DNA of 64,000 bases, taken from positions 62,001 to 126,000 of the forward strand of contig NZ_CP134949.1 of assembly GCF_032116555.1 (NCBI RefSeq). The letters run 5' to 3'. The DNA comes from Halorarum halobium. Lineage in GTDB: Archaea > Halobacteriota > Halobacteria > Halobacteriales > Haloferacaceae. The notes under the pieces were generated by a model. That model ran no database searches. It saw only the letters and a program-made list of their open reading frames with translations, and had not been told where the DNA came from. Made by a program: the position numbers and the translations under genes. Of the stretch, positions 10,082-21,234 are shown in pieces. The first letter of the stretch is position 1, and each line of letters starts with the position of its first letter.

Positions 10082-10205
10082 GTCGGTCCGGCGACGACGA
10101 CCGGCGAGTCGTCTTCGGGGCGGCGAGGAGTGACTACGTTTCCCACACGGCGACCATACCCGCCACATAGCGGCCGTTAAGCCGCGATGGACGGACCCAC
10201 GGACG

Positions 10206-10595
10206 ATGACCGACGCCGACCTCCGCCTGTTCCTGGCCGACGCGAACGCGGGGTTCCGCGCCGCCGCGGTCGAACTGCTGGGACGGGACGGAATCCTCGT
10301 CGAGTCGACCCCGCGGATCCGCTCGGTCCCGGACTCGGCGTGGCGAGCCGACTGCGTCGCGGTCGATCCGGGGGTCGCGGCCGGCGCCGTCCGGGCAGTC
10401 TGGCTGGCGCGCCGCGGGCCCCCGCTGGTCGTCGTCACGGGCGCGCCCGTCGAGGACCTGCCCGAGGTGCTGCTCGCGGCCGCCGACGGCTACGTGGAGA
10501 AGGGGACGAACGGGACGTTCGGCGCGCTCGAGGGCGCCGTCCGGCGCGCCGCCGAGGGGCGGAGCGAGGCCCCGACGGTCACGGGCGTCGCCTGA
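10206..10595 (+). CDS. Stand-alone divergent receiver (CheY-like) domain protein
   Basis: LFLAD...DCVAVD...PLVVVTG...ADGYVEK pattern matches the receiver fold. Confidence 0.5.
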   Translation: MTDADLRLFLADANAGFRAAAVELLGRDGILVESTPRIRSVPDSAWRADCVAVDPGVAAGAVRAVWLARRGPPLVVVTGAPVEDLPEVLLAAADGYVEKGTNGTFGALEGAVRRAAEGRSEAPTVTGVA

Positions 10596-10735
10596 TTCGG
10601 GGGCGCATCCGGTCTGGCCCCTCACGGACGCCACACACGCAGGGTGGCTGGAGCGGCGACCCGACTCCCGATCCATCGACGCCGTGGGTCGGTTCCGGCG
10701 GGGCATTTTTAGCCCCGAACCGCCAACGAGGGGGC

Positions 10736-12706
10736 GTGAACGCCCGGACGAGCGTGCTCGACTCCCTCGTCTACGGGGTCGACGTGCAGAGCGGTGACAT
10801 CCGGGGCGACGCGCCCTCCTACGCCCTGGTGGCCTTCGACGGCGAGACGCTGGAACGCGACGTGGTGAGCCACCGCAAGCTCAGACGGCGCATCGACGCC
10901 GAGGGGCCGGCGCTCGTCGCCACCGACAACATGTACGAACTGGCCGAGGACAAGGACGCTCTCGTCCACTTCCTCCGCGCGCTCCCCGCCGAGACGTCGC
11001 TCGTGCAGGTGACCGGCGACGAACGGCCCGAGCCCCTCTCGCGGGTCGCGGCCCGCCACGGCGTCCCGTACGGGAAGGACCCGATGAAGGAGGCCGAGGC
11101 GGCCGCCAGGCTCGCGGCCGCGAACGTCGGCTACGCGGTGCGCGCGTTCGCCGACACGACGACCGTCAAGGTCTCGCGCGGCCGCTCGACCGGCAAGGGC
11201 GGGTGGAGCGAGGACCGCTACACCCGGCGCATCCACGGGAACGTGAAGCGGCGCGCCCGCGAGGTCGAGGACGCGCTGGAGGGGGCGAGCCTGGAGTTCG
11301 AGATGGACGTGAAAGAGCAGTACGGCGGCTACGGCAACGCGGTCTTCACCGTCGAAGCGCCGCCGGCGGACATCCCCGTCTCGCGGAACCGCTCGGGCGA
11401 CACCCGGGTCGAGATCGAGCGGGAGCGGCGCGACGGCGTTGAGTTCGAGCCGCTCGCCAAGCGCCGCGACCACGTCGTCGTCGGCATCGACCCGGGGACG
11501 ACCACGGCGGCGGCCGTCCTCGACCTCGACGGGAACGCCCTCGACGTCGTCTCGACCAGGACCGCCGACACGGCCGAGGTCATCGAGTGGCTCGTCGAGC
11601 GGGGCCGACCCGTCGTCGTCGCCGCGGACGTGACCCCGATGCCCGAAACGGTCGAGAAGTTCCGCCGGTCGTTCGACGCCGCCGGCTGGGCGCCCGAGCG
11701 CGATCTGCCGGTGGACGACAAGCTCCACCGGACCGAGGACGTCGCCTACGACAACGACCACGAGCGGGACGCCCTGGCGGCGGCGCTGTTCGCCTTCGAC
11801 GACCACGAGGATCAGTTCGAACGGATCACGCACAAGACCCCGGCTGGGATCGAGCGCGGGGAGGTGATCGCCAGGGTCGTCGCCGGCGAGGAGTCCGTCG
11901 AGGCGGCGCTGGCGGAGCTGAGCGACGACCCCGAGGACGAGGGGGCCGAGGAGTCCGACCACGAGCCGCGGGAACTCACCGAGCAGGAGGAGCGGATCCG
12001 CGACCTGGAAGCCCGGGTCGAGCGCCTGCAGGAGCACGCCGAGGACTTGAAAGCGGATCGGGCGGAGAAGGACGACCGCATCGCGGAACTCGAGGACGAA
12101 CTCACCGAGGCCAGACGCGAGTCGCGCCGCGAGGCGCGGCGCGACCGCGAGGTGACGCGCCTCCGGCGCGAGAACGACCGGCTGGAGCGGGAGAAGGACG
12201 ACGCCGAGGCGCGCGCCGAGGAGCTGTCGGACAAGCTCGACCGGCTGAAGGCGCTCTGGAAGCTGGACCACGACGACTTCGCGGACGTGGCCGAGGGCCG
12301 CGACCTCGTGCCCGTGAAGGTGGTCGAGCAGTTCACCAAGGCCGCGCTCGACCACGCGGAAGAACAGTTCGGCCTCGCCGCCGGCGACGTGGTGTACCTC
12401 CGGGACGCGTCCGGCGCGGGCCGGGCGACCGCCGAACGGCTCGCCGACGTCGAGCCGCGGGCGGTGCTCCGCAGCGGCGGGCTCTCGGACGCCGCCGACG
12501 CGGTGCTGTTCGAGCACGAGGTGCCGGTCGGGCCGGCCGCCGACGTGCAGGTTCAGGAGGTGGACGAACTCGCGGTCGCCCGCGAGAGCGACGTGGAGGC
12601 GCTCGTCGCGGACTGGGCGGACCGGGCCGAGGAGCGCGAGCGGGAGCAGACCGCCGACATGGTGGACGAGATCATCTCCGAGCACAGGGCGAGCGGCGCG
12701 GAGTGA
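10736..12706 (+). CDS. DUF460 domain-containing protein (RNase H-like domain plus coiled coil)
   Basis: GTG 10736; VSRGRSTGKGGWSEDRY, VVGIDPGTT, NDHERDALAAA, long coiled coil. Confidence 0.85.
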   Translation: MNARTSVLDSLVYGVDVQSGDIRGDAPSYALVAFDGETLERDVVSHRKLRRRIDAEGPALVATDNMYELAEDKDALVHFLRALPAETSLVQVTGDERPEPLSRVAARHGVPYGKDPMKEAEAAARLAAANVGYAVRAFADTTTVKVSRGRSTGKGGWSEDRYTRRIHGNVKRRAREVEDALEGASLEFEMDVKEQYGGYGNAVFTVEAPPADIPVSRNRSGDTRVEIERERRDGVEFEPLAKRRDHVVVGIDPGTTTAAAVLDLDGNALDVVSTRTADTAEVIEWLVERGRPVVVAADVTPMPETVEKFRRSFDAAGWAPERDLPVDDKLHRTEDVAYDNDHERDALAAALFAFDDHEDQFERITHKTPAGIERGEVIARVVAGEESVEAALAELSDDPEDEGAEESDHEPRELTEQEERIRDLEARVERLQEHAEDLKADRAEKDDRIAELEDELTEARRESRREARRDREVTRLRRENDRLEREKDDAEARAEELSDKLDRLKALWKLDHDDFADVAEGRDLVPVKVVEQFTKAALDHAEEQFGLAAGDVVYLRDASGAGRATAERLADVEPRAVLRSGGLSDAADAVLFEHEVPVGPAADVQVQEVDELAVARESDVEALVADWADRAEEREREQTADMVDEIISEHRASGAE

Positions 12707-12878
12707 GCGGCGGCCGAGCCGGTTAGTACCCCGCTAATCGAGCCCCTACCGAACTGCTGGTTGCACTCGCCGACAACCACCTGACTGCGAGCCGAACACT
12801 CTCGAATTCGGACACCTCGAAGACCCCTTCGTTTCGAGTGGAGTGTGGGGATTTACCACGGGAGTAGTCCTCGTGTAC

Positions 12879-14093
12879 TCAGTTGACGCGTTCGACCTCG
12901 TACCCCTGGTCGCGGACCGCCGAGATGATCCCGCTCGCGTGCTCGCGGCCGCTGGTGACGACCCGGAACACGAGGTACGCCTCGCCGACGCGGAGGTCCT
13001 CGACCGCGCGGTCGTGTCGGACGTGCCGGATGTTCGCGCCCTCCGCGGCGATGCGGTCGGACAGGCGCGCCATCTCGCCGGGCTCGTCGTCGATGCGGAC
13101 CCGGAGCCGGAGGAGCTGGTCCCGGTCGGTCATCGCGTGGGTGAGCACCGTCTGGAGCATCGACATGTCGATGTTACCGCCACACAGCACCGGGACGACC
13201 GTCTCGTCGGTCACGTCGAGGTCGGGCGAGAGCATCCCCGCGACGGAGGTCGCGCCCGCGCCCTCGACGAGCTGTTTCGCCCGCTGGAGCAGCGTGAGGA
13301 TGGCGTGGGAGATCTCGTCGTCGCTGACGGTCACCACCTCGTCGACGTGTTCCTCGATGAGTCCGTAGGTCAGCTCCGAGATGCCGCCGGTGGCGATGCC
13401 GTCGGCGATGGTCCGGGTCTCGTCGACGCCGACCGGCTCGCCCTTGTCGAGGCTCTCCGGGACCGTCGCGGCCTCCTCGGCCTGCACGCCGACGACGCGG
13501 ACGTCGGGCGCGACGGCGGCGAGCGCGGTCGCGATACCCGAGATGAGCCCGCCACCCCCGATGGGCACGACGACGGCGTCAACGTCGGGTACCTGTTCGG
13601 CGATCTCGAGCCCGAGCGTCCCCTGGCCGGCGACGATGTCGGGGTCGTCGTAGGCGTGGACGAACAGGCTCCCCGGCTCGTCGGCCAGTTCCTCGGCGTG
13701 GGCGAGCGCGTCCTGGAAGCCCGCGCCGTGGAGGACGACCTCCGCGCCGTACCCGCGGGTGGCGTTCACCTTCATCTGCGGGGCCGTCTTCGGCATCACG
13801 ATGGTCGAGGGGATTCCCTCGTGGGCGGCCGCGAGCGCGACGCCCTGGGCGTGGTTGCCCGCGCTGGCGGCGACGACGCGCTCGGCCTCGCCCGCCTCCG
13901 CGACCCGGGAGAGCTTGTTCGACGCGCCGCGGGTCTTGAACGAGCCGGTGCGCTGGAGGTGCTCCATCTTGAGGCGCACGTCCGCGCCGCTCAGTTCCGA
14001 GAGCGAGCGGGAGCGTTCGATCGGCGTCTCGCGGACGATGTCGGTGGCGAACCGCTCCCGGGCGGCCCGGATGGCGGTGACGTCGACGGTCAT
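12879..14093 (-). CDS. ilvA: Threonine ammonia-lyase with C-terminal ACT domain
   Basis: KMEHLQRTGSFKTRGA (PLP Lys), ASAGNHAQG, PIGGGGLISG, DEPGEM ACT. Confidence 0.93.
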   Translation of the reverse strand: MTVDVTAIRAARERFATDIVRETPIERSRSLSELSGADVRLKMEHLQRTGSFKTRGASNKLSRVAEAGEAERVVAASAGNHAQGVALAAAHEGIPSTIVMPKTAPQMKVNATRGYGAEVVLHGAGFQDALAHAEELADEPGSLFVHAYDDPDIVAGQGTLGLEIAEQVPDVDAVVVPIGGGGLISGIATALAAVAPDVRVVGVQAEEAATVPESLDKGEPVGVDETRTIADGIATGGISELTYGLIEEHVDEVVTVSDDEISHAILTLLQRAKQLVEGAGATSVAGMLSPDLDVTDETVVPVLCGGNIDMSMLQTVLTHAMTDRDQLLRLRVRIDDEPGEMARLSDRIAAEGANIRHVRHDRAVEDLRVGEAYLVFRVVTSGREHASGIISAVRDQGYEVERVN

Positions 14094-14175
14094 GGGTGCG
14101 CGTCGCGGCGCCGTTACAAAAATTGCGGGAATGGCTAGTCGAGAACGTGCGGGAATAGCCGGTCGGGGAACGCGA

Positions 14176-14685
14176 TCAGAGGAAGTCGTGGACGTCCGAG
14201 TACCACATGTCGTGGTGGTCCACGCGGTCGACCCGTTCGGCCAGGTCGACCGCGATGGCGTGCCAGCAGCGCTCGTCCGGACGCTCGGCGTCGAGGTTGT
14301 ACGTCGCGTCCGGGCAGTCGCAGTCGCCCTCCTCCACGATGTGCTCGGCGCGGTGGCCGACGACGACCGTGAAATCGCGGTACTGTTTCACCCGTTGCTC
14401 GGAGACGGCCTCGATGGCGCGCCGGCCGCGACCGTCGTGGGTCTCGATGATCGCCTTCACGATGACCGGGCGGAGTTCCCCCGTCGCGGCGAGGGCCGCC
14501 CGCCAGTCCTCCTCCGCGAGGGCGGCGACTTCCTCGGCCGAGGGGCCGTCGCTGTCCGCGTCGGCGGACGCCTCGTCTGCCGGGTCGACGTCCGCCGGAT
14601 CCGCGTCGGAAGCGGCCGAATCCGCCTCGGAAGCGACCGGATCCGCCTCGGCGTCGATGCCGGCGTCGGCGTTCCCCTCGGGCAC
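14176..14685 (-). CDS. SWIM-type zinc-finger protein with acidic N-terminal repeats
   Basis: VKQYRDFTVVVG, CDCPD...RCWH; start uncertain (GTG 14685 chosen). Confidence 0.7.
   Translation of the reverse strand: MPEGNADAGIDAEADPVASEADSAASDADPADVDPADEASADADSDGPSAEEVAALAEEDWRAALAATGELRPVIVKAIIETHDGRGRRAIEAVSEQRVKQYRDFTVVVGHRAEHIVEEGDCDCPDATYNLDAERPDERCWHAIAVDLAERVDRVDHHDMWYSDVHDFL
14595..14657. repeat. 3 x 21 bp intragenic tandem repeat
   Basis: ccggatccgcgtcggaagcgg / ccgaatccgcctcggaagcga / ccggatccgcctcggcgtcga. Confidence 0.8.
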
Positions 14686-14824
14686 GTCCGGCGCTTGGTG
14701 CCCCCGGGGGAAAACCACTTCGGAGGCTCGAATCCGCGGGTTTCGCGCCTTCGGAGGGACGCCCGCGGCGGCCGTCCGTCGCAGTCGGGTCGCTTATCCC
14801 CGCTAGCGCCCCAGTGCCGACAGC

Positions 14825-15943
14825 ATGGAGATCGAGGAAGGGGGCGTCACGGTCGAGATCGAGGACGCCCGCGACGGGGCCAGCGAGGGGCGCACCGACG
14901 ACGTGTTCTACAACCCCGAGATGGAGCTAAACCGGGACGTCACCGTCGCCACGCTCCGCGCGTACGCCGACCGCGAGGGGCGGGCCGAGACGTACCTCGA
15001 CGCGATGGCCGCCTCGGGCGTCCGGGGCACCCGCGCCGCCGCCGAAGGCTGGGCGGTCACCTGCGCCGACGTCGAACCCGAGTCCGTCGAACTCGCGGCC
15101 CGGAACCTCGCCGACTACGACGGCTGCGAGGCGGTCGAGCGCGACGCGAACGCGCTGCTCCACGCCGACTTCTTCGACGTGGTCGACGTCGACCCGTACG
15201 GCTCGCCGATACCGTTCGCCGACGCCGCGGTCGCCGGCACCCGGAACCTGCTGTGTGTCACCGCGACGGACACGGCGCCCCTGTGTGGCGCGCACTTCGA
15301 CGCCGGCGTCCGTCGCTACTCGACGGTCCCCCGGAACACGGACTACCACCCGGAGATGGGCCTCCGAGTCCTGCTCTCGGCGCTCGTCCGTCGCGCCGCC
15401 AGTCGGGACAAGGCGGCCACGCCCGTCTGCTCGCACGTCTCGCGCCACTACGCCCGGACGTACCTCGAACTCGACGCGTCGGCCTCCGCGGCGAACGACC
15501 GGCTCGACGACCTCGGACACGTCCACCACTGCCAGGACTGTCTCGAACGCGAGCACGAGTACGGCCTCCACGCGGACCCGCCCGAGGCCTGCCCTCACTG
15601 CGGGTCGAACCGCCTCGTCATCGCGGGTCCACTCTGGCTCGGCCGGGTCGCCGACCCCGAGTTCGCCGACTCCGTCCGCGAACACGTCACCGACGATATG
15701 GGCACCGCAAAACGCGCCAGGAAGCTGCTCGAGACGGTTTCCGACGAACTCGACACGCCGACCCACTACGACCAGCACCGGCTCTGTGAACTGTGGAACC
15801 GGCCGGCCTCGGGGATGGACGAGTTCGTGGAAACCCTGCGAAGCGCCGGCTTCGACGCCAGCCGCGCCCACTACGCCGGCACCGCGCTGAAGAGCGACGC
15901 GACGATCGCGGAGATGCGGGAGGCGACCGCCGACCTGGGGTAA
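14825..15943 (+). CDS. trm1: tRNA (guanine(26)-N2)-dimethyltransferase
   Basis: [37 protein letters not shown], Zn ribbon, GPLWLG. Confidence 0.95.
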   Translation: MEIEEGGVTVEIEDARDGASEGRTDDVFYNPEMELNRDVTVATLRAYADREGRAETYLDAMAASGVRGTRAAAEGWAVTCADVEPESVELAARNLADYDGCEAVERDANALLHADFFDVVDVDPYGSPIPFADAAVAGTRNLLCVTATDTAPLCGAHFDAGVRRYSTVPRNTDYHPEMGLRVLLSALVRRAASRDKAATPVCSHVSRHYARTYLELDASASAANDRLDDLGHVHHCQDCLEREHEYGLHADPPEACPHCGSNRLVIAGPLWLGRVADPEFADSVREHVTDDMGTAKRARKLLETVSDELDTPTHYDQHRLCELWNRPASGMDEFVETLRSAGFDASRAHYAGTALKSDATIAEMREATADLG

Positions 15944-16089
15944 CCCTCGCCTTCCGCGGACACGATACGGACCGGCAGGCGCGCCCGACGACGACCCCGA
16001 GGACCGGTCGGGGAGGATCATCGAACTCGGCGACCGTCACGTCTCGGCCGCCGACCGGGGCCGAGCCCTGGACGACGCTCACGGCCGCG

Positions 16090-16413
16090 TCAGTCCACGA
16101 ACACGTACCGTTCCGCCTCGATGGCGAGGGTTCCGTCCGTCGTGATCCGGACGTGATAGCCCGCGTACTCGAACGCGAGGTGCCCCTCGGTGAGGCGAGA
16201 CCTCCCGGTTTCATCCGCGGTGAAGAGGGTCTCGAGCGCGTCCGGGTCGACGGCGTCCGCGAGGAGCGGCAACTCGGTGGGGACGGTGTCGTCGACGGCG
16301 GCGACCGCCCGGAGCAGTTCCGTCCTCGCGGATTCGGTCTCCGGGTCGAACTCGTGCAAGTAGCGGTACGGTGCGGTTGAGGGCTCGTCGTCGGTTTCGT
16401 TCTGGTCCGGCAT
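16090..16413 (-). CDS. HalOD1 output domain protein
   Basis: ELPLLADAVDPDALETLF...FEYAGYHVRITTDG; ATG 16413. Confidence 0.8.
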   Translation of the reverse strand: MPDQNETDDEPSTAPYRYLHEFDPETESARTELLRAVAAVDDTVPTELPLLADAVDPDALETLFTADETGRSRLTEGHLAFEYAGYHVRITTDGTLAIEAERYVFVD

Positions 16414-16722
16414 TGGTGGATCACGGAGCGTTGGACCCTGTGGTGTTCCCGTGGACACGGCCGACCACGCACACGACTCACCGCACTACTGGCGTCCTGC
16501 TTCCCATCGAGAGTGGACACACGGCGTGAAATCTCTCGTTTGCACGTGGAGACCGGATGCACAAAACCCCCGCATTCACCCGGATCATCAAAACCGGCCA
16601 GTCGGTCGCGGCGCTACCGGACGATTCGCGGCGTATCGGCGACCGTGTGTTACACGGGGGGCGCCGGACTCGGGTGCGGAATCGCCATAGCACTCTTGTC
16701 GCTGTCAGGCGAACCACGGACC

Positions 16723-18069
16723 GTGTCAACGCAGCTCCGGGCCAGAGCTTCGCGGACAGTCGCCGTCCTCGGCCGGGTGGCCCGGACGACGAGCGATCGG
16801 GACGTCACCTTCCTCGCGGCGGGCGTCGCCTACTACGCGTTCGTCTCGTTGCTCCCGACGGTCGTCCTCGTGTTCGTGCTGGCGACCGCGGTCGGCCAGC
16901 AGCAGCTCGTCGCGGCCGTCGTCGACGGCAGCGCCGGCGTCCTCACCGAGGCCGGCCAGCAGTTCGTCATCGAGGCGCTGGCCAGCGGGGCGGGACGGGG
17001 CGGCACCACCGTCTTCAGCGTCCTGCTCGCCGTCTGGGGCTCCCTGAAGGTGTTCCGGGGCATCGACACCGCGTTCGAGGAGATCTACGGCGCGAGCGAC
17101 TCCAGTTCGTTCGTCGGGCGGCTCCGGGACTCGCTCGTCGTCGCGGTGAGCATCGGCGCGAGCTTCCTCCTCATGCTCGCGCTCGGGGGCGTCCTCGCCG
17201 TCGTCGACCTGGGATTCGGGCTCGGCATCTTGAGCTTCTTCGTCCTCCCGGCCGTCCTGACGGCCGCGTTCCTCCCGATGTACTACTTCTTCCCGAACGT
17301 GGACGTGAGCGTCCGCGAGGTGCTCCCCGGCGCAGTGTTCGCCGGGGTGGGCTGGACGCTGCTCCAGGCGCTGTTCCAGGTGTACGTCGGGTACCAGGGG
17401 AGCGCCGGGAGCGGCCCGCAGGTGTACGGCGCGATCGGCGCGGTGCTGCTGCTCGTAACGTGGCTCTACCTCGGCGGGATGGTCCTCCTCGTCGGCGTCG
17501 TCCTGAACGTGACGCTCGCGTCGGAGGGCCGTTCCGGCGTCGACCACGACGAGGATCGGGGGCGTGGCGAGCTCGTCGGCGACGGGAGCGGCCTCGGCGC
17601 CCCGGCCGGGCACGACGGGTCGACCGCCCCCCACGACCCGACGGACCGGCACGGTAAAGGGGACCCCGGACGACGCCGGTCACGTATGAGCGGGGACGAT
17701 ACCGACGAGCCCGCACCCGACATCGCCGAGCTGGACCGCCGGGTCGCGGCGCTGCGGGCCGACCTCGACGACATCGACGGCCGGACCGTCGAGAAGCCGG
17801 CCCTCGAGTCGGAGCTGAAGCGGTACGTCCGCGGCCGGATGCGCCGGGGGCACGCACGCGGCTGGGGCCCGTACCTCGTGCTGCTGTACGGCGTCGTTCT
17901 GACGCTCGGCGCGTTCAGGTGGCTGGAGGGGCTCGTCGCCATCGCCGCGATGCTCATCCTGTTCCTCTCGACGCTCGGACTGTACACCCTGTTCCTCATC
18001 GTCGGAGTGGGGCTGAACCTCCTCGACGTCCCGGGCAAGGCGCTCGACGCCGTCCGGGCGAGGCGGTGA
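16723..18069 (+). CDS. YihY/BrkB family membrane protein with an in-frame C-terminal extra domain
   Basis: FLAAGVAYYAFVSLLP, YGAIGAVLLLVTWLY; GTG 16723. Confidence 0.85.
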   Translation: MSTQLRARASRTVAVLGRVARTTSDRDVTFLAAGVAYYAFVSLLPTVVLVFVLATAVGQQQLVAAVVDGSAGVLTEAGQQFVIEALASGAGRGGTTVFSVLLAVWGSLKVFRGIDTAFEEIYGASDSSSFVGRLRDSLVVAVSIGASFLLMLALGGVLAVVDLGFGLGILSFFVLPAVLTAAFLPMYYFFPNVDVSVREVLPGAVFAGVGWTLLQALFQVYVGYQGSAGSGPQVYGAIGAVLLLVTWLYLGGMVLLVGVVLNVTLASEGRSGVDHDEDRGRGELVGDGSGLGAPAGHDGSTAPHDPTDRHGKGDPGRRRSRMSGDDTDEPAPDIAELDRRVAALRADLDDIDGRTVEKPALESELKRYVRGRMRRGHARGWGPYLVLLYGVVLTLGAFRWLEGLVAIAAMLILFLSTLGLYTLFLIVGVGLNLLDVPGKALDAVRARR

Positions 18070-18072
18070 CCC

Positions 18073-19047
18073 ATGCGCGGGGTCGGACTCGCCGGGGCGC
18101 TCGCGGCGCTGCCCGAGCCGGTCGTGGCACTCGCCGCGCTGCTCACACAGCTCGGCGACGCGTGGTTCCTCTATCTCGGCCTGACGCTGCTCTACTGGCT
18201 CGGTAGCGACCGGCTCGCGGTGAACCCGCGGCGGGTCGGCGCGACGCTCGTCGCGCTGGGGCTGGCGGCCCTCGCCGTGACGACCGCGCTGAAGACGCTC
18301 TTCCTGTTCCCGCGACCGCCCGGTGCCGCGGTGGCGACGGCGCCGCTGTGGCTCCCCGACCTCCTCGGCCCGGCCTACGAGAACGCGGCGACCGGCGAGA
18401 GCTTCGGCTTCCCGTCGGGCCACGCCATCGGCGCGACGATGGTGTACGGCGGGCTCGCGGCGTTCCTCGACGTGTGGGACCGCCGGACCCGCTGGCTCGC
18501 CGCGGGGGGCGTCGTCGTGACCGTCTCGCTCACGCGACTCGTGCTCGGCGTCCACTACCTCGTCGACGTCCTCGTCGGGATCGCGGTCGGACTCGTCGCG
18601 CTCGCGGTCCTCGACCGCGTCGCCAGGTCGGGGTTCCAGCCCCGGCCGGACCGCGCGTTCTTCGCGGCCGCCGTCGCCGGCGTCTGTGCGATGGCGGTCG
18701 CGTTCGCGGGCGGGCACGGAACCGAGACGCTGGACGCGGCCATCGCCGCCGGCGGCGCGCTCGGCGGCTACGCCGTCTGGCGGCTCCGTGGGACGGAGAC
18801 GGCGCCCGTCGGCCCCGCGGCGGCCGCGCTCGGCGGGGTGCTCATCGGGACGCCGTTCCTCGGGGCGTACGGCATCACGGTCGTCGGCCTGCCGTACGTG
18901 TTCGGCGTCGTCCCCGACACGACCCGGTATCAGCTGCTCGCGGTGCTGCCGCTCTCGTTCCTGGCGGTCGCGCTGGTCGTCGCCTGGCCGACGGTCGTCG
19001 GCCGCCTGGGTCGGCCCGAGCTCGCGGAGCCGGCGGGCGACGGCTGA
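18073..19047 (+). CDS. PAP2 family membrane phosphatase
   Basis: K..F..PRP, FPSGHA, TRLVLGVHYLVDV. Confidence 0.9.
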   Translation: MRGVGLAGALAALPEPVVALAALLTQLGDAWFLYLGLTLLYWLGSDRLAVNPRRVGATLVALGLAALAVTTALKTLFLFPRPPGAAVATAPLWLPDLLGPAYENAATGESFGFPSGHAIGATMVYGGLAAFLDVWDRRTRWLAAGGVVVTVSLTRLVLGVHYLVDVLVGIAVGLVALAVLDRVARSGFQPRPDRAFFAAAVAGVCAMAVAFAGGHGTETLDAAIAAGGALGGYAVWRLRGTETAPVGPAAAALGGVLIGTPFLGAYGITVVGLPYVFGVVPDTTRYQLLAVLPLSFLAVALVVAWPTVVGRLGRPELAEPAGDG

Positions 19048-19174
19048 CCGGGTCGCTGACGACTGCCGGGCTGGTTCGCTGACGACGGCCATCCGAACGC
19101 GGTCCCGGCGCGGAATCGACGGCGACGCGTCTCACCGTCGAGCGACGCGCAAAAATCGGAGGTCCGGGAGCGGC

Positions 19175-20554
19175 TCAGAACGTCTCGAGGTACTGGTCGA
19201 GCTCCCACTCGGAGACCTCGACGCGGTACTCGTCGTACTCGGCCGTCTTCGCCTCGACGAACTTCTCGCTGACGTGCTCGCCCAGCGCGTCCTGGACGAC
19301 CTCGTCCTCCCCGAGCGCGTCGATCGCCTCGCCGAGGTTCGAGGGCAGCGTCTCGATGCCGTACTCCTCGCGCTTGGCCTCGTCGAACTCGTAGATGTTC
19401 TCGCGGATCGGGTCGTCGCAGTCGAGCTCCCGCTCGATGCCGTCGAGCCCGGCGCTGATGAGCGCGGCGAACGCGAGGTACGGGTTGCACGACGGGTCCG
19501 GGAAGCGCGCCTCGATGCGCGAGGCCGCCGGGACGCGCGCGGCCGGCTTGCGGATGAGCGCCGAGCGGTTCCGGTCGGACCACGCCACGTAGACGGGCGC
19601 TTCATAGCCCGGCACGAGCCGCTTGTAGCTGTTCACCGTCGGGTTCGTGACGGCCGCGATCGCGGGCGCGTGTTCGAGGATGCCCGCGGTGAACTGCTTT
19701 GCCGTCTCGCTCAGGTCGAACTCGTCGTCACCGTCGTGGAACGCGTTCTCGCCGTCCTCGGTGAAAAGCGAGATGTGCGTGTGCATGCCCGAGCCGTTGA
19801 TGCGCGGGATGGGTTTCGGCATGAACGTCGCGTGCAGGTCGTGCTGGGCGGCGATTGCCCGGACGACCGTCCGGAACGTGCCGACGTTGTCGGCCGTCGA
19901 GAGCGCGTCGTCGTACTCGAAGTTGATCTCGTGCTGGCCCTCGGCGACCTCGTGGTGGGACGCCTCGATCTCGAAGCCCATCGACTCCAGGCCGTAGATG
20001 ATGTCACGGCGCACGTCGCTCGCGAGGTCCTTCGGCGCGAGGTCGAAGTAGCCGCCGGCGTCGTTGGTCGTCGTGGTCGCGCGGCCGTCCTCGTCCTCCT
20101 CGAAGAGGAAGAATTCCGGCTCCGGCGCGGCGTTGACCTCGAAACCCATCTCCGCGGCCCGGTCGAGGACGTCCTTCAGGACGCGCCGGGGATCGCCCTC
20201 GAACGGCTCGCCCGTCGAGGTGTTGATGACGTCACAGATGAGCCGTGCGGCGCCGCCGCCGTCGTTCTCGCGGGTGCGCCACGGGAGCACGGCGAACGTC
20301 GCCGGGTCGGGTTTGAGCCGCATGTCCGACTCCTGGATCCTGACGAACCCGTCGATGGAGGAGCCGTCGAAGTAGATCCCCTCGCTGAACGCCTTTTCGG
20401 CCTGGGAGGCCGGGATGGAGACGTTCTTCACCGTCCCCAGGATGTCGGTGAACTGGAGCCGGAGGAAGTCGACGCCCTTCTCCTCGATCTCGTCGAGGAC
20501 CCGCTGTTCGTCCGCACTGAGCCCGCCGTCAGTAACCGCGTTTTCGTCCGTCAT
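19175..20554 (-). CDS. glnA: Glutamine synthetase type I
   Basis: [67 protein letters not shown] 20554. Confidence 0.97.
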   Translation of the reverse strand: MTDENAVTDGGLSADEQRVLDEIEEKGVDFLRLQFTDILGTVKNVSIPASQAEKAFSEGIYFDGSSIDGFVRIQESDMRLKPDPATFAVLPWRTRENDGGGAARLICDVINTSTGEPFEGDPRRVLKDVLDRAAEMGFEVNAAPEPEFFLFEEDEDGRATTTTNDAGGYFDLAPKDLASDVRRDIIYGLESMGFEIEASHHEVAEGQHEINFEYDDALSTADNVGTFRTVVRAIAAQHDLHATFMPKPIPRINGSGMHTHISLFTEDGENAFHDGDDEFDLSETAKQFTAGILEHAPAIAAVTNPTVNSYKRLVPGYEAPVYVAWSDRNRSALIRKPAARVPAASRIEARFPDPSCNPYLAFAALISAGLDGIERELDCDDPIRENIYEFDEAKREEYGIETLPSNLGEAIDALGEDEVVQDALGEHVSEKFVEAKTAEYDEYRVEVSEWELDQYLETF

Positions 20555-20583
20555 GTACTCAGACGGTAGGACTGTGAACACCC

Positions 20584-20600
20584 AGTATAAAATCCTTGTC
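20584..20600 (-). promoter_or_regulatory. Probable BRE/TATA promoter of glnA
   Basis: Minus strand gacaaggattttatact about 30-38 nt upstream of the ATG, spacing typical of leaderless haloarchaeal transcripts. Confidence 0.55.
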
Positions 20601-20680
20601 GGTCGGTGCAACCATCCCCTCCTGAGCCAATGGGTGGACATTCGTAAAATTCTAAACCCCCAGACCCGTGGTGGAACGTG

Positions 20681-21136
20681 ATGACGTACGAAAACCTCGA
20701 CGCGAAACTCGTCAACGCACTGCTCGGAAACGGTCGCGCCAGCCTCCGGAGCCTGGGCGAGGACCTGGACGTCTCGGTGACGACCGTCTCGAACCACCTC
20801 CGCGACCTGGAGGAGGAGGGCGTCATCGAGGGGTACACGCCCCGCGTGAACTACGACAAGCTCGGCTACGACGTCACCGCCATCGTCCAGTTGAAGGTCG
20901 AGGGCGAGGCGCTCCCGGAGATCGTGGACCGGCTCGAGGACCAGAAGCAGATGGTGTCGGTGTACGAGGTGACGGGCGATTACGACGTCATCGCCATCGG
21001 CAAGTTCACCGACACCGACGAGATGAACGAGGGCATCAAGGGCCTGCTCGCGGACGCGGACATCCGCGAGACGAACACCTCCGTCGTGTTGAACACCGTC
21101 GTCGAGAACGGCCAGTTCGACCTCGACGTGGAGTAA
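20681..21136 (+). CDS. lrp: Lrp/AsnC transcriptional regulator divergent from glnA
   Basis: NGRASLRSL...[33 protein letters not shown] domain. Confidence 0.92.
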   Translation: MTYENLDAKLVNALLGNGRASLRSLGEDLDVSVTTVSNHLRDLEEEGVIEGYTPRVNYDKLGYDVTAIVQLKVEGEALPEIVDRLEDQKQMVSVYEVTGDYDVIAIGKFTDTDEMNEGIKGLLADADIRETNTSVVLNTVVENGQFDLDVE

Positions 21137-21234
21137 GCGCGGTCGAGCCGTCGCTCGTCTCGCCGTTCCCACGGTCGCTCACAGAACCACCTCGGCCGGC
21201 CGTCCCGTCGTTCTCAGCGCCTCGATCCCGGGGG

